Shown: in pieces, positions 40,909-55,715 of the stretch | How positions within the stretch are numbered: position 1 is the stretch's first letter | Layout: each line of letters begins with the position of its first letter | Assembly (NCBI GenBank): GCA_044892525.1 | Contig: CM097885.1 | Location: 52,082,001-52,146,000, forward strand | Length of the DNA stretch: 64,000 nt | Direction: 5' to 3' | From: Schmidtea polychroa | Taxonomy: Eukaryota | The notes under the pieces: model-generated | What the model saw: the letters and a program-made list of their open reading frames with translations, nothing else | What the model was told of the DNA's origin: nothing | The model's database searches: none | Made by a program: the position numbers and the translations under genes

Positions 40909-43900
40909 GTCAATACATAATTATTTTAAAACGTTAATCATACAAAAAGGTTTCAATTAAATTTCATTAATAAACTTTTAAATTAATATAATAGTTAGAA
41001 TTTGTTTTAATTTTCTCTTTTATCATTTCTTCGTTTTTTTATTATTGATATTTTTTATGTTTTTATGAATTATATTGATGTTATTATTACGATTGTTGCC
41101 AATTTTAATCAAACCTAGCAAAGAACTCATTTGACATTTTTCTTAATCGAAGTCTAACAAATTTCCTTCCAATTTATTGGTAATCTTTCTTTTAACTACA
41201 AGTCGAAATCATTTTCCCTAATAATTTGATGAACCGAATTAGATCTCAATTTAAGGGATCAGAAACAATTCAATCAAAAATTTCAATTTGAATTATGTAT
41301 TTTAACTGGTGAACCGTGAAACGAAATGTTTTTAATCTCTAAAAACGAGGCTATGTAGTGTTTCAAATTTTGTGAAAAATTATATTTTATTGTATTTATT
41401 TTGTTTTGAAGGGATATTGTCACAGAAATTCAGTTAATTGAATTTATCAATTATCATTAGTAGTTCTACGGGAGAATAAAATTTCCTTATCGATTTATGC
41501 CGGTAGACTCGTGGAGATTCGTGCGCTATTCCTATGTAGGTAGAACAATGCAAACAGAATTAGTTCTATGAAACTGACATTTGTAAATCGGAAATTTCAA
41601 AAAAAAAATGATTTGAGTTTTCTTATTTTGATTTATCAACTGAAAATGGGGATTTCAATTAACATGGAAATTCTGAAAGTATTTTCAATTCATGAGTTAA
41701 TAATTAATAAAAGTGAGTTTTTATTAAATAAACAATACAACCGAAGAAATTCTCGAAATTCATTTGTCGAAAGATTTTTTTATAATAATAATAATAATTA
41801 AAAAAAATTATGAATTGAGTTTTGACAAGAAGATTTTTTTAATAACAAATTTTTTATCTATTAGTAACAAAATATGGCGGAAAGAATACAAATTAAAATT
41901 TTTGTTTTAATGTTTACTTTGGTTGGAAATAGGATTGTTAATTCTTTTTGATGGAGTGCCCAAAAGAGTTTGTAGAAAAATAATAAAAAATTCAAATTAA
42001 TTAGTTTATTTTTCTTTGTAATAAATGACAACAGAGCGATGTTTCAAAAGAACACATAGACAAACTAAATTAAGTTTTTATATATTTATTTATATATTTA
42101 TGTATTAGATTATATTTAATTAACCTTTTTTGGATGTGTTACATACTATCTTAAATTTGTTTAAATGAGCGAAAAATAATCTACAGTAAAACTATTTATT
42201 TGTTTAGTCATAATTACACTAGAATTTGAAGAAAAATTATACAAGTATTCATAATAGCAATTGTCTAACTCAATTTTCTATTTATTTAATTTATTATATA
42301 TATTTATTCTTCACATATTTTGAAAAGTTTTCACACTTGATATGTAATATTATTTAGATTACAACCGAACAAGTCAACTAATTTTATGGAACATAAACTT
42401 CAATCAAACGATCTATATGCGATATTTTGATGTTAACTATTGAAATATTGTTAAATAATTGTCAGTCACTGGCAAAATAAAAAAAGGTAAATGAATACAA
42501 TACAAATTAATGGACAACAATGTTCTTCTCACTTACGAGAATTTGCTTTTTATATTTGTTGCAACTGAAACCATTAAATGTAACATGATTATATTTTGAA
42601 AAAAGATTACGTTTTACATTCAATTATACAAGAAAAGAATATTTTAGTACAATTTCCTTGATTTTGTCATAAAAACATTTTTTAAGACCACGAAAGAAGA
42701 AATGCAGTAACCAATGTGGAAATGAAAAAAATGTTGCAATTAAAACACAAATTTTTGCTTATCTTTAAAGGGTTAATTTGTTTAATCTTGATTATTTTCT
42801 TTATTTGATTCCTTCATATTGTCATTTGTTTCGGTTGCGGAACATTTCTTAAAATCTAAATCATTCACTAAACTGGACAGTTCATACTATAGCTATTGTA
42901 ATATGGATATGAACATTTTAAAAATACTTTGAAAACACTTAAGATTCATTATAAAAAAGAATTTGAAAATATTTCAAATAGTCTCATTCTTGATTTGTGA
43001 TTTATTTTTAAATATTTTTAAATATATTGTACTAAAGTTAGTCTCTGTGTGATTTAAAATATAAAATAATACCACGAGGTAAAAATTCATAAATAAATAA
43101 AAGAAATTGAAAAAAAATTGAAATTTAATAAATTTTTAATATTAAATAACTATATTTTAAATATAAAATATATTTTTAAATTAAAAATAATGATTAATAA
43201 TTTTAATTTAAAATATAGCAGTAAATTACAACCTAAAAATAACCATTTTAAAATATTTTTGCTAAATATAAATCGGTCTCTGAAATATTTTCCCAAATAC
43301 AAATTCAGAGCTATTCAACTATGCCACTCTAATTGATTCTCATAAATTTTTATTCATATCACGCTTTAATGAAATAACTTTCTATAAACAGTTTTAATTT
43401 CCTTTATAATTATCCAATTTTCTATTATGTATGATATTAATTTCGTGATATATTTTTGCGCTGACAATTTAATATCCTAAAAGTATAATTAAAATTCATA
43501 ATGAGTGACCATATGTGAAATTAATTAAATAATCTTTCATTGTTCGAAAAAGAACTCTTTTCTTGAAATTTTTCATTGTAAACAATTTTCTCATGGTTGT
43601 CTTTTTAGTAAAATATTATAAAAGATCCATTTTTTATTGTTTAGATAAATATTTTAATATATTTAAAACTTTAGTAATTAATATATTTTAATTATATTAA
43701 TGTAATTTGATTTTGGTACTATCGATAAAATATTTCAAAAATTGAAAAAATATATAAAACAAAAAATGAGCAATACTAGTAGTGTAGAATTTAAAATTAA
43801 ATTAAATAAGTAGTAAGTTTGTTAATAAATTTCATACACCGGTTAGTTTACCTTGATAAAATGAGTGTATTACTGCAAAAAGTGAATATTCCGTTAATTA

Positions 43901-43945
43901 TTCCTCTACATCAAGCCTGACGCGGGTTGCTTTGAAAACGTAAAA

Positions 43946-44406
43946 CAGTGGTTCTTAACCAGGATGTCGTCAAGCTTGGCTTATTTTCTTATTGAAAACT
44001 TATTAATTTCATATTAAATTATTGCATTACTAAATTTTTTTATTATAAATTAAATGTGATGATTTATCAACCTTAATTTGCGCTTACTGATGAGAAAATT
44101 AATCTTTATTTTCTAGAAGTATCAATTAGTTCTTATGCATGGAAATGAAATCCTTGCATTGAATATTCACCAGATAATATTTAATTTAAATCTCACAGTA
44201 GAAGAAGAATTAAGTTTCCCTCTATTTTTTATATATTAATTAAACAGGAAAATCCTAATATCAGTGAAAAGATTTGTGCTTGTCAGGATTTTCTGCCATG
44301 GTATATATTAAGTATAAAAAAAAGACAAAAACTGAACACAAATACACGACCTAATATTAACTCTAGATTTACAGACTTAGCCAATTCGACTCATTTAAAA
44401 TTCTAT

Positions 44407-44501
<95 letters not shown>

Positions 44502-44863
44502 CTGATTTATTATTTTTTGAATACATATGTTGGTTTTTATATACGTCATGAAATATAGGTAAATATTAATTACTTGCATATCGAATTAGGTATACCTATT
44601 TTTACCGCTATTTTTACCCGTAAATCTAGTGTTAAGGAGATATACAAAAAGCATCCATCCCAAATTTTGCATTAATATATTTTATAAAAAGATTTATTTT
44701 ATTATTTTTATTATATATTGAATTTATTGAATTTACAAAACTTGTTGAAAAGATATATAAAATATATATATAGCCGAAATCTTAATGTAATAAGGGTAAG
44801 ATGCCCCGAATTTTTAAAATTTTCCGTTAGGATTCCACAATCTAAAAATGTTGAGAACCACTG
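43946..44863. mobile_element. hAT-type MITE
   Basis: TIR CAGTGGTTCTTAAC / GTTGAGAACCACTG; flanks ACGTAAAA / ACCTAAAA. Confidence 0.75.
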
Positions 44864-45726
44864 ACCTAAAATGTTTCAGTATTGGAAAACAAAAAAATCA
44901 ATAATTTGTGAAATATAGATAACAATTTAGATAAGTCAATGTAAAATATGACGACGGGTCGCAGATTGGCAACCTCTTCTGTACATGAGCATTATCTACT
45001 CATAATTATTGTCATAATAAAATTTCAATGTTTAAATTAGACATTTATTTTTAACATTTTATAAAATGCAGTTAATGTAATTAATAGCCACAATAAATGA
45101 AAATTTAAAAATAATTATTGGATATAATAATTGTTAATGTAAAAATTCTTTGAAAAAAGAAATTATTGGAAAATTCATTGAACAAAAAAAAAATTCGAAT
45201 AATTATTAATAATTTCAATATTTCATTCAAAAATTTGTTTTAATTGAAACATTCAATTTTTAAATTTACTCTATCATGATTGGTTAAAAACGTTTAAAAT
45301 TTATTTATACTTTAATTTAAAATTTAAAATTCAAAATTATTTGGCAATGATAAAATATTTCCCCTTGAATATTATGGAATTTAATTCATCAAAAAATTTT
45401 CAATTTTCTGTCGCAAAATTTGTAATTAAAATTTTAAATTAATTTTATATTATAACAATCCATTTTAATTTCTTTAATGAAAAACAATCAATCAAATGCA
45501 GTGATGATTGGAGTTCAGTTAAAATTAACAAAATTTCATTTGCTGATTATGTGCTTTGAAAAATTAAACAAGACAGGCATAATTTTCTTTAAAAAAATAA
45601 AATTTTATTATTAGACGAACAACAGTATTGTCAAATATCATTTTCGCTACTGGCTGATTATAAATAATAAATTATAATTTATAATAATAAATATAATAAT
45701 TATAATAAAAATAATATTAATAAATG

Positions 45727-45819
<93 letters not shown>

Positions 45820-45820
<1 letters not shown>

Positions 45821-46960
45821 GTGATGATTTCGTGGTGATTTCTTATTTAAAACAATAAAATAATAATTTAAGTCTTTTGCTGCAAATAATGTATTTAATG
45901 AAATATTTTCGACTATAAGATAGTCCTTGTCAATCTCCTGGAATTTAGCAATGTTCTTCCCCAAAATACCTTTCAATCTTTCTTTTATTTCTTTTCTCTT
46001 AATTCTCATTGGTTGTAAACAACATTCCAGCACCTCCAACTCCCCAGCGCAGCAAAATTATTTTCAGCGCAGTATATTTAATTCAACCGTTTCATGGCAG
46101 TTGTTCCTAATAAAAAGCACACGGAAATTGTCGATGTAAATGAACCACCAGCAGCGAAGACCGGTTATCTACTTAGTTTTCAACATAGTCGCTACAGTTA
46201 TAGAATACAGTGTCGTTTTAAAACTCTTACAACCACGTTATAGCATTTTGACGCTCATTTGTATTTAAAGGCTGCTCAGCGCAGCTGACTTTGCACGCAC
46301 TGCTGCTTATGGCTTAGAGGGAACATTGGTTGTAAATATAATGAATATTTTTATTAAAAACTTTTAAAATTTTACTGAAAATTAAAATTAAAAATAATAA
46401 AATAAAATAAATACTATTTAAAATTCCAAAATGACAGAAACTAAAAATTTTTAAATTTTTTTATACAGCTTCTATAATTAGTTTCTAGAAGTCTAATAAA
46501 ATATTTCAAAATATTCTAAATAAAGCCTCCAAATAACTACTTATATATGCTATTTAAATAATTCAATAAATGTGTCAATTTTGATTTTCAAATCCTATTT
46601 TTTAAAATTTTCTATATTATTCTAATTATTACTATTTAATTTATTATATATATTTTTTAATTTCATTATATATTGTCAGTTATTCTCAAGGTCAATGACA
46701 ACAGATGAAATTCATGATTTCATTGATTTCTTCTTTAGTGTTGATCTTTGGCTGACTGTTTATGATGAGAATTGCTTCTTTGAATCTGACATTTTTCTTT
46801 TGGATGTTTTCATTAACTATGATTTCTATTGAAATATACGGGTTCTACAGAAAACCAGCTTGCAAAGAAATATTTATACAACAAAGATCAGCGCTTCCAT
46901 ACTTACAGAAATTATCATTTAATTGTTTTAAATAATAAATGCTGCTACCAAGAAATCATC
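45820..46960 (-). mobile_element. Second copy of Penelope-like family B, between (AAT)n tracts
   Basis: Colinear with 14827-15460; short inverted tail at ~46912-46960; contains a nested hAT MITE and a degenerate hammerhead at ~45900-45937. Confidence 0.85.
46020..46328. mobile_element. hAT MITE nested in the Penelope copy
   Basis: Perfect 8-bp TSD GTTGTAAA. The empty site is visible in the paralogous copy at ~14993-15000. Confidence 0.88.
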
Positions 46961-46963
46961 ACC

Positions 46964-47015
<52 letters not shown>

Positions 47016-48443
47016 GTAATAATTTATTAAAAAGAGCTTGAAGACTATAAATCAGTAAATATATTAAAATCATCGAAAAATCAGTGGTGAAATTGGAAAA
47101 AAGTAATAATAATATAAAAAATAATAAACAGATCTTTATGCAGAAAATTATAAATTTTATTAAATGAAAAAATTATTTTATTAAATAATCCGTTTCATTT
47201 TACTTAAAAAATATCTAAAATGTTCTATATTTGTACCATGTATTATCTGCATTCTGATTGAATTAAGTCTGAACTAAATTACATAAAATTTTAAATTAAA
47301 AACTGAAATTTTAATTGGTATTCATTGTGAAAACAAATTATAAATAATTAATATTTCTGAATAAGATGAAAATAATAATATTTCAATTTCTGACTTGAAT
47401 GGCAAATTTATAAAATTATCAAATTTAGCAAATCTATAAAACAAAATGCGATAAAATGTTAATGGATGGGACACTTCTGTATATCCAAAAGATAAAGTTG
47501 TGGTGAAAAGTATTTGAAGCTCAAAAAACATAGCAAAAACTTCACAAAATGAAAGAGAATGGAGAAATTCTGAGCTAGAAATTAACCTTAAAATTATTAA
47601 AAAATTAATAGGAAATACAAGTGAGAGCAAAAATAACTCATGTAATATTTAAATATTATTACTATTAGCTTAACACGTAGGTAATACGAAGGTAAAAATT
47701 ACTTATAAAAATGTGAAGAAGATGTGAAGAATAAAGACAACCTAGTATTTCATTGTATATCGTTGGATTTATAAATTTTGAAAGGATAAATACTTTTCAG
47801 GATAAAAAGTACTTTAAAATTGTGTTTTTGAAGGTATAATAGAACATATTCGAAAACACCAGTTAAAAACAATAAACCGACGAGAGAGATGAAAATGAAA
47901 TTCTTGTCTAAAATACGTAAAGAGAAAATCTGACTCAAAGTAATACCTAAAATTCACTTAAACAGAATGGAGTCGAAAATTTACTCACCATTTAAAATAA
48001 TTATTGGAAGGATTAGAAATACTCAACCTTTGTTATAACAAATCAACATATTGTAGAATCACTCCATGAAAATGCCGGAAAGACTGCAGAAAAGACGAGT
48101 ACTACACATCTGATAAAGGAAATATGCCAAACTTTGGATTTTTAATAGAAAAACACTTAAATTTATTCGCATCTAATAAACCTCAAGACAGAACTAAAGA
48201 TCATATCCAATTCGAAGGATCATCCAAATTAAAAAACTTATCCCAATATATCATATGGACAATTAATAGTTAGGATACTATCAAATCTCAAAGAAATGTT
48301 ATTGAAGAATTTCAATGACTTTGGAAGAATGAAACAATTTAAATTAGTAACTGTAGAAAATGGATTTTGAAATAATACATTGTCTTTTACTAATTTTAAT
48401 GTCAGTATTCAAAATCATTCTCATTAAAAATACAGTTAAAATA

Positions 48444-48577
<134 letters not shown>

Positions 48578-48578
48578 C

Positions 48579-48658
<80 letters not shown>

Positions 48659-49450
48659 TATAAAAAAATTACAAAAATTATAACTAAATACCATGTAAAA
48701 ACAAAGTGAAAATTCTTCAATTTAATTGATAATGATTTAAAAATTGATTATGTCATTATAGAACAAATTTTTCGATTTTATATTAATATTAATTAATAAC
48801 TAATTTTAATTAAATTTTTAATATCAACTGCATTGATGAATAATTTAGCAACATAAAATCAATAAAATATCAATAAATATTTCAATTAAAATTGTTATTT
48901 TAGTTTTTTGTTAATTTATCTATTGATAAAATAATTAATAATATTTTTTTTACATTAATCATAAATTTACCCTGGAGACTGTTTACTTAATTACAATAAG
49001 ATTATGAATAAAAATAAGAATATATATAATGAATATATGGTAATAATAATATAAAACGATGGTTTCTCGGTAAAAGCATAAATTAAATGTTAAACAAGTA
49101 AATGATAAAATAAGTATTTTACCGTAAAATATGTATAAAATGAAAAAAATATTCGCTTACTCGATAATCCTTTTCAATACTCCTCGGGTTCCAAAAAAAC
49201 TGCCCGATTGAAAAGATTGGCTATATTAAGTATCACAAATAACATATAACTACATAATTATATAATGATACGATGATATTAGATGTAATAAACGATTTTA
49301 TGATGGTTTTAAATTTATTTTTCTATACAGTTCAATTGTTTCTCTTATCAATCTTAAGAACATTTTGTGCCAAATCGAACAGCATTTTTGGAACAGAGGA
49401 AGTATTTTGCAACAAAAGCTTTATCTTATAATTTAGTTTTTTTAATAAAA

Positions 49451-49584
<134 letters not shown>

Positions 49585-49769
49585 TATTATTAAATTAATT
49601 AAATAAATATTTATTTTATCATTTTTTTGTTAAAAAAATAATGTTTTCCAAAATTTAAAAATGAAAATTTAAATCAATTAGATTTTTAAACAACTAATTT
49701 ATATTTAAATTATTTCTTAAAATTTTACCGTGATAACAGAAAACTAGAAATTATTAAGAAATACATTAC

Positions 49770-49982
49770 CAGGTAAGAAATGATGGACAATCAGCCACCA
49801 GTGAGTATACTGCTTCTCAGTTTCCTCCCATATTACTCCTTTAGTGAGACGAAATTGGATATAAAATTTCCACCCAGAATCGGAAAAGTCCAGTAATTTC
49901 TGAATGGGTTCAGTGAACGTTATTGACATGTTAAAATTATTCTGTGATATTCGCTCTATTTTCAATTGAATTAATTTTGATT
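49770..49982 (-). CDS. Exon of L1CAM/neuroglian-like gene (last FN3 domain)
   Basis: aaatag|AA TCA...CCT G|gtaatg, 213 nt, phase 1 to 1; WKFYIQFR...WEETEK...IVHHFLP continuing into EETYLVRAV. Confidence 0.85.
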
Positions 49983-50032
49983 CTATTTCATCAATTAAAT
50001 CATATGAATTCACAAATAAAAATTACATTTAC

Positions 50033-50218
50033 CTTTACTTTCTGCTCTTGTCGTAAAAGAAAGTTGTTTCTCTTTTCCCTTTCCTTGTTTTGTTAATGCC
50101 CATATTGATATGTCGTATTTAGTTTCCGATTTCAAATCTGATATTCTTTCACGTAATTGATCTGGGTCTCGAATTTTATGATTTTTCTCACTGTTTCCAC
50201 CATTAGAAAATTGAAAGT
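50033..50218 (-). CDS. Exon of L1CAM/neuroglian-like gene (penultimate FN3, C-terminal half)
   Basis: cactag|AC TTT...AAA G|gtaaat; IRDPDQLRERISDLKSETKYDISIWALTKQGKG has the FN3 L-x-x-x-T-x-Y...A-x-T-x-x-G-x-G pattern; 50-nt intron to the next exon. Upstream exons were not found in the window. Confidence 0.85.
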
Positions 50219-52554
50219 CTAGTGAAAAATTAAAATTCATAAAAACTGAAACCGAATCTTAAATAGTTATTGTAATTAAACAGCTGAGATGACTTTCTCT
50301 TAAAATGGTTCCCATAGGAAAAATGTCAAATATCTCATGAAAATATTTTTGAAGAAATAATTATAAATAAAATTTCTTAAAATCTATCATAAAAAATTAA
50401 TTTTTATATATTCACTCAAGACAAAGAATAATATATAATTAATTTATTATAATAATATTAAATTATTTAATAAATTAAATAAATAAACCTTTTTCTAGAC
50501 TATATATGAAGTGAAAACTAGTTTCCACATGGATTTTATCTTTTAAATGTTTTAGTTTATTAGGAGATAGATCAATTAAAACAATTAAATAATTATAATT
50601 TCAACAAATTACGAGTTTAGACAATTCACTTAATGCTTTCACGAAAAATAACATATTCAGTCAAATTAGGTTTGAAATACGCTGATTTGATTTCATTTGC
50701 AGACATTATAAAACTGTATTCATACGTCCATGCCTCAAATGCAGACAAGTTTTATAATGAAATAAGTATGATTTCTCTTGTTATAAAACACATGGCCTTT
50801 ATGAAATGATCACATACGCAACAATTGAATGCTACAAATACATAAATGTCTTTATTGCACAAAGATTGTGATTCTGGTAGATATTTCATATAAAGAATTG
50901 CCCGTAAATGTGTGATGTGGCAGTAGGATTTTCACAATGTTTAACTATATACATCAACCTATCTACTTCATTATACAAGATACTAAAGTTACAACTCCCT
51001 ATTTATTGGTTTAGACTTGCCTATCTCTTGCCCAGTCTTGTGTGTTTTTTAAAAAGAACATTTAAATATCTTATTTTAGTTTTTTTACATAAAAGTAAGG
51101 TTACCATTTGCTCTATATTAATTTTATTTATTAAAACTTCACTTTTTCATTTCTCATTTTATTATAATTTATTAATATTTTACTAGATAGGAGTAATTTA
51201 TGACTACATTTCTTCCGATTTATGAAAAATTTATTACTTGGGAGAAATATTCTCTCTCTAAATATTTATTGACAATTTTGTAATTTCAAACCGTCTGTTA
51301 CCGACATTCTGAAGGTATTCGATTTTATTTTTTAAGAATTATTTTTTTAAATTCCAATAATATATATATAATTAAGTACATTATTTAGAAATAATTATTT
51401 TCTTTATTTTTCAGAAAAAATAAAATATATTTTATTGTAAATTATATTGTATTTATTAGAAATATTTTGATTTAAAATCAGTTTTGAATCAGTACTAATT
51501 CAAAGTCAAAAAATTTCTTATAAATACAGTGTCAATTAAGAAGAAATCAGAGGTGAAAATTGAAAAATGTTCTTAATATTGTAAATTATAGTAAATATTT
51601 TGTTGATTTTCTCTTCTTAAGTTTGTAAAATGCTTTGATTTAGGATTTTGCACCACATTTCCAACCCCAACATAAATAAAATATTAATAAAATATTCAAA
51701 ATATATTTATGTTTAAAACATTTGAAATTTAAAATATTTTATTAAAAAATCTAAAAATGGCTTTTAGTAATAATACCAAAATTTCCATACATTTGACTTA
51801 ATTGCAGAAAGGCACTGTATTTCATTTTTGGTAATAATCAAAATATTATACGATCAATTTCTACAATTTTATTTATGGTAGAAACCTAAATAAAGATAAA
51901 ATCAAATCTTAAAAAAATCAGATTAAAGGTGAAAGAGTAAAAGGATTTAAATGATATTATTTATGTGTCACCACTTTTATAATTTAAAGAATAACATTGT
52001 ACAAAAACATTTTTTTAAAAAACTTAATAGGCCGTTTTCGTCGTGTTAATTATCAAAAAGATATTTTTCGATTTAAAATAGGTTCTGTTCACTCAAATAC
52101 AGAATTTACCTGACCATTTTCATTAATTATTTCCTTTGGTTTTTGTTGCTAACTTTATATATTATAAATTAATAATGCAAGGTTGTTTAATATAAAAGTA
52201 ATCAAAATATATCAATTTAGTAATTTTAGTGAAAACTCTACTACTTAAAGTAGCTCTGTTGGACTTTTAGACAAATAGTTTTTCAAAAAAATCTCTAATT
52301 GTCCTTAGTTATCTCTACCATATCAATTCTCGAGTGATGATATGAGCTTGAGTATTCTACTTTTATTTTGTGTTTCACTCAACTGCATATTTCCAATTAT
52401 TTCTTTATATTTCTTTATATATATATTCATTCTTGTTCATACTATACAGCATATACTAGGATTGTCCCCAGTATTTTCTTCATCATAGGTATTTCTTCCT
52501 TTTAAATCAAACATGCATATAAACAAATAAATATAATAATATTGTTATAAGAAA

Positions 52555-52637
52555 ATGCCAATCAAACATTCGTTTCAGGATATATTTCGACAGTTTTCTT
52601 GTTATCATCAGGTAGGATATAATAACTATATTAACTA
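52555..52637 (-). mobile_element. Penelope family A pLTR fragment with degenerate hammerhead (52576-52614), cut by the AGTAGT element
   Basis: Matches 18620-18700 and 9745-9815 up to ...TAACTA, then the sequence switches. Confidence 0.75.
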
Positions 52638-52745
52638 AGTAGTATGATTGGAGCTCCCCAGACCAGGAGCTCCCCGCGCCACATATACCCCCTCCCCCCC
52701 CCCCCCGGGAAAAAAAAATTTTTTTTTTTTAATTTTTTGTTTTAA

Positions 52746-53883
52746 TTAATTGGCCTGGCGGGCTCACACTTTTTTTCATCCCAAAAATTAATGTTCTCGT
52801 TAACAGATTTTATTGACCGATACCTCATCTTAAAGCACAGTCCAAGACCTTTCGAATGAGCTATAGGTATCATATATATCTTTAATAGTTTTAATGTTAT
52901 TAACAATTGATGACCACCATCTTTTCAACGTTAAATTATTATTATTTTCCAAAATATTATTAATTGGCCTGGCGGGCTCACACTTTTTTTCATCCCAAAA
53001 ATTAATGTTCTCGTTAACAGATTTTATTGACCGATACCTCATCTTAAAGCTCAGTCCAAGACCTTTCGATTGATCCATAGAAGGTATCATCATCATTAAT
53101 ATTGACAAAGTTATTAACAATTGATGACCACCATCTTTTCAACGTTAAATTATTATTATTATTCAAAATATTATTAATTGGCCTGGCGGGCTCACACTTT
53201 TTTTCATCCCAAAAATTAATGTTCCCATTATCCGAATTTATTAATCGATAGCTTATTTTGAAGCGTAGTCTAAGACCTTTCAATTGAGCCATAGAAGGTA
53301 TCATCATCATTAACATCGGCAAAGTTATTAAAGTTTTACCGAGACCATTTTTCAAGGTCATTTATTTTTTCAAGGTCATTTATTTTTTCAAGGTCATTTA
53401 TTTTTTCAAGGTCATTTATTTTTTCAAGGTCATTTATTTTTTCAAGGTCATTTATTTTTTCAAGGTCATTTATTTTTTCAAGGTCATTTATTTTTTCAAG
53501 GTCATATTTTAAAATTTAAATGTACAGAGTTCCCGACAACGATAATTATTCAACGATAGCTCATTTTAAAGCCCAATGCAAGATCTTTCGATTGATTCAT
53601 AGAAGGTATCATCATCATTATTATTGACAAAGTTATTAACAATTGATGACCACCATCTTTTCAACGTTAAATTATTATTATTATTCAAAATATTATTAAT
53701 TGGCCGGGCGGTGACATACTTTTTCTCATCCCAAAAATTAATGTTCCCATTATCCGAATTTATTAATCGATAGCTTATTTTGAAGCGTAGTCTAAGACCT
53801 TTCAATTGAGCCATAGAAGGTATCATCATCATTAACATCGGCAAAGTTATTAAAGTTTTACCGAGACCATTTTTCAAGGTCAT
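52746..53883. repeat. ~214-bp tandem subterminal repeat plus a 522-bp-offset duplication
   Basis: TTAATTGGCCTGGCGGGCTCACAC... at 52746, 52960, 53174 and (diverged) ~53696. Confidence 0.9.
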
Positions 53884-54050
53884 TTATTTTTCAAAATATT
53901 ATTTTCAAGGTCAAGGTCAAGGTCATTTATTTTTTCAAGGTCATTTAATTTTTAAATAAAAGGTCAAGGTCATTTATTATTTTCAAGGTCATTTATTTTT
54001 TCAAGGTCATTTATTTTTTCAAGGTCATTTATTTTTTCAAGGTCATTTAT
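53352..54050 (+). repeat. Two arrays of TCAAGGTCA (18-bp unit CAAGGTCATTTATTTTTT)
   Basis: Nine units at 53353-53504 and about ten more sites at 53874-54045. Confidence 0.92.
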
Positions 54051-54076
54051 TATTTTTTAAGTTTTTAGTTTCTAAG

Positions 54077-54164
<88 letters not shown>

Positions 54165-54336
54165 ATTATAGTTATAATTATAATTATTATATACTCCTAG
54201 TCTATCCGACAAGATATTCTGTCCCCCTATGGGTACTGCACACAAATGTACTACTCACACTCAACAAGTCACAAGGGTACTGCTCACACTCAATATGTCG
54301 TAAATTATTATTATTATTATTTCAAATACAAGTTCA

Positions 54337-54382
<46 letters not shown>

Positions 54383-54747
54383 TATTATTACGCGCACGGG
54401 GAATATTATTGTCATATATACTCTTAATCTATCCGACAAAATATTCTATCCCTTTATGGGTATTGCTCATATGGGTAATGGTCAAAGGTGTACTACTCAC
54501 ATTCAACATGTCTCAAAGGGTATAATATAATTATTATTAAATTCTGACCAACTTAAATCAATGAAGGGGTAGAACAAAAATATATTAAGTTGCGGTATTT
54601 TAAATTTAAAAATATTTTAAAAACTTATTTTGACACTAAAGTTTACTTAATTAACAAAGACATAATTATTGCACATGCTTTGCATAAATATTATTATTAT
54701 TTTTTTAATTTTCAATATTTTCTTTTAAAGTATTAACACGCGCGGGA

Positions 54748-54822
<75 letters not shown>

Positions 54823-54829
54823 GTTAATG

Positions 54830-55331
54830 AAAAATCTAAAATATGGTTTACACACACAACCCCTCAACCATTATTATTATTATCAATATCAAAAACCTAA
54901 AATATTTTCTACACACACACACATGCACAACTCATTAACCATTATTATTATCATTATTAGTGAAAACCTAAAATATTTTTTACACACACACACAACCCAT
55001 TAACCATTATTATTATTATTATCAATATTAAAAACCTAAAATATTTTTACACACACACATACAACTCATTAAACTTATTATTATTATTATTATTATTGCA
55101 AATATTAGTCAAAAACCTAAAATATTATTTACACTCACACAACCCATTAACAATTATTATTATCAATATTAGTGAAAACCTAAAATATTTTCTACACACA
55201 CACACAACCCATTAACCATTATTATTATTGCAAATATTAGTCAAAAACATAAAAACACTCATAAACCATTATTATTATCAATATTCGTGAAAACCTCAAA
55301 TATTTTTTACACACACACACAACCCATTAAC

Positions 55332-55397
<66 letters not shown>

Positions 55398-55432
55398 CAA
55401 TATTAGTGAAAAAACCTTAAATAATTTTTACA
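54830..55432. repeat. ~55-65 bp minisatellite (AAAACCTAAAATATTTTTACACACACACAACCCATTAACCATTATTAT...)
   Basis: About ten imperfect tandem copies. Confidence 0.88.
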
Positions 55433-55715
55433 TACTAAGTTATGGGGTAGAGTATTATTATGTTTGCAGTATTCTGTGTTTGCCTTTACAGGAAGTTGTC
55501 AATAATTTTACACACACATTCTATATACACATACCTTGTTTAACATGGGTGTATATACTCCTAGTCTATCCGACAAAATATTCTGTCCCCCTATGGGTAT
55601 TGCTCACAAAGGTACTACTCACACTCAACATATCGCAAGGGTATATTAATTATGGTTAGTAAATAAAACCTATCACACACACTTTAATATTTAAACGAAA
55701 AAAAATCAAGACAAG

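Noticed and set aside
53353..53504. Regular short repeats resembling a CRISPR array (also 59211-59285, 54830-55432)
   Set aside because: Head-to-tail tandem units with no unique spacers, eukaryotic context, no cas genes.
52830..53883. Three similar ORFs (...CEPARPINNIL...KRWWSS...)
   Set aside because: They arise from the 214-bp tandem repeat. The same DNA is read in different frames in successive units and stops interrupt it, so coding is unsupported.
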